Below are positions 63,901-64,000 of a stretch of 64,000 bases of DNA, one piece after another. This DNA comes from Phoronis australis (lineage: Eukaryota > Animalia > Phoronida): contig NMRA01000171.1 of assembly GCA_002633005.1 (NCBI GenBank), forward strand, positions 248,001-312,000, given 5' to 3'. Position numbers and translations under genes: made by a program. Numbering within the stretch: position 1 is the stretch's first letter; each line of letters starts with the position of its first letter. The notes beneath the pieces are model-generated. The model had not been told where the DNA came from. It did no database searches and saw only the letters and a program-made list of their open reading frames with translations.

Positions 63901-64000
63901 ACATTTTATCAAGGACCATACCTACACCTTTAAGCGGAAATTTCTTAAAAGTTCTGTTTACCTTTACAACCCAGTGTGGGAGATTCCAAGCTGTCTGCAA
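60963..64000 (-). CDS. PRELID3B: PRELI-domain mitochondrial lipid-transfer protein, slowmo/PRELID3 (3' five exons; 5' part lies outside the window)
   Basis: Exons 64000-63962 (LQTAWNLPHWVVK), 63699-63613 (LVGMKDFCHVSEYSEVDPRKKSLLLRSRN), 62740-62670 (LDFCNFVTIDETLVYTPHPQERN), 61538-61436 (TLLRQEATICVNGVPLSSHLEGMIEKNMAGNAHK) and 61049-60963 (GREGMEWVIARVKEE...stop). All junctions are GT-AG with matching phases; the motifs are typical of SLMO/PRELID3. Confidence 0.93.

Overview
AT-rich, intron-rich animal (probably marine invertebrate) genomic DNA from a draft assembly, with one 405-nt gap and three single-N joins. Four host genes are supported by splice-phase-consistent exon chains. (1) A nearly complete MMS19 on the minus strand: 22 coding exons, 24809 to 1192, about 995 codons; the short terminal exon is unresolved. 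(2) Exon 1 of a UBTD1/2 gene (MGGCVG...) on the plus strand, 266 bp from the MMS19 ATG and head-to-head with it, as for human MMS19-UBTD1; it is absent from the ORF track and I could not find its exon 2 in the window. (3) An uncharacterised protein of about 1370 aa with C2H2-type zinc fingers and SIM-like motifs (plus strand, 4 exons, 43977-55208). (4) The 3' five exons of a slowmo/PRELID3 gene (minus strand, 60963-64000). The 25-42 kb interval and many introns are dense with transposon relics: a Merlin/IS1595-type transposase split by nested insertions, four CAG...CTG TIR elements with 5-6 bp TSDs, a long-TIR foldback spanning the gap, Helentron-associated (DINE-1-like) elements, a frameshifted THAP domain, a Penelope-like GIY-YIG fragment, a Harbinger MITE and an L1/Tx1 3' fragment. 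I found no unambiguous new biological system. The best leads are the orphan UBTD exon, which may place two other genes inside its first intron, the atypical-TSD transposon group and the zinc-finger protein. All family assignments come from recalled motifs, not database searches.
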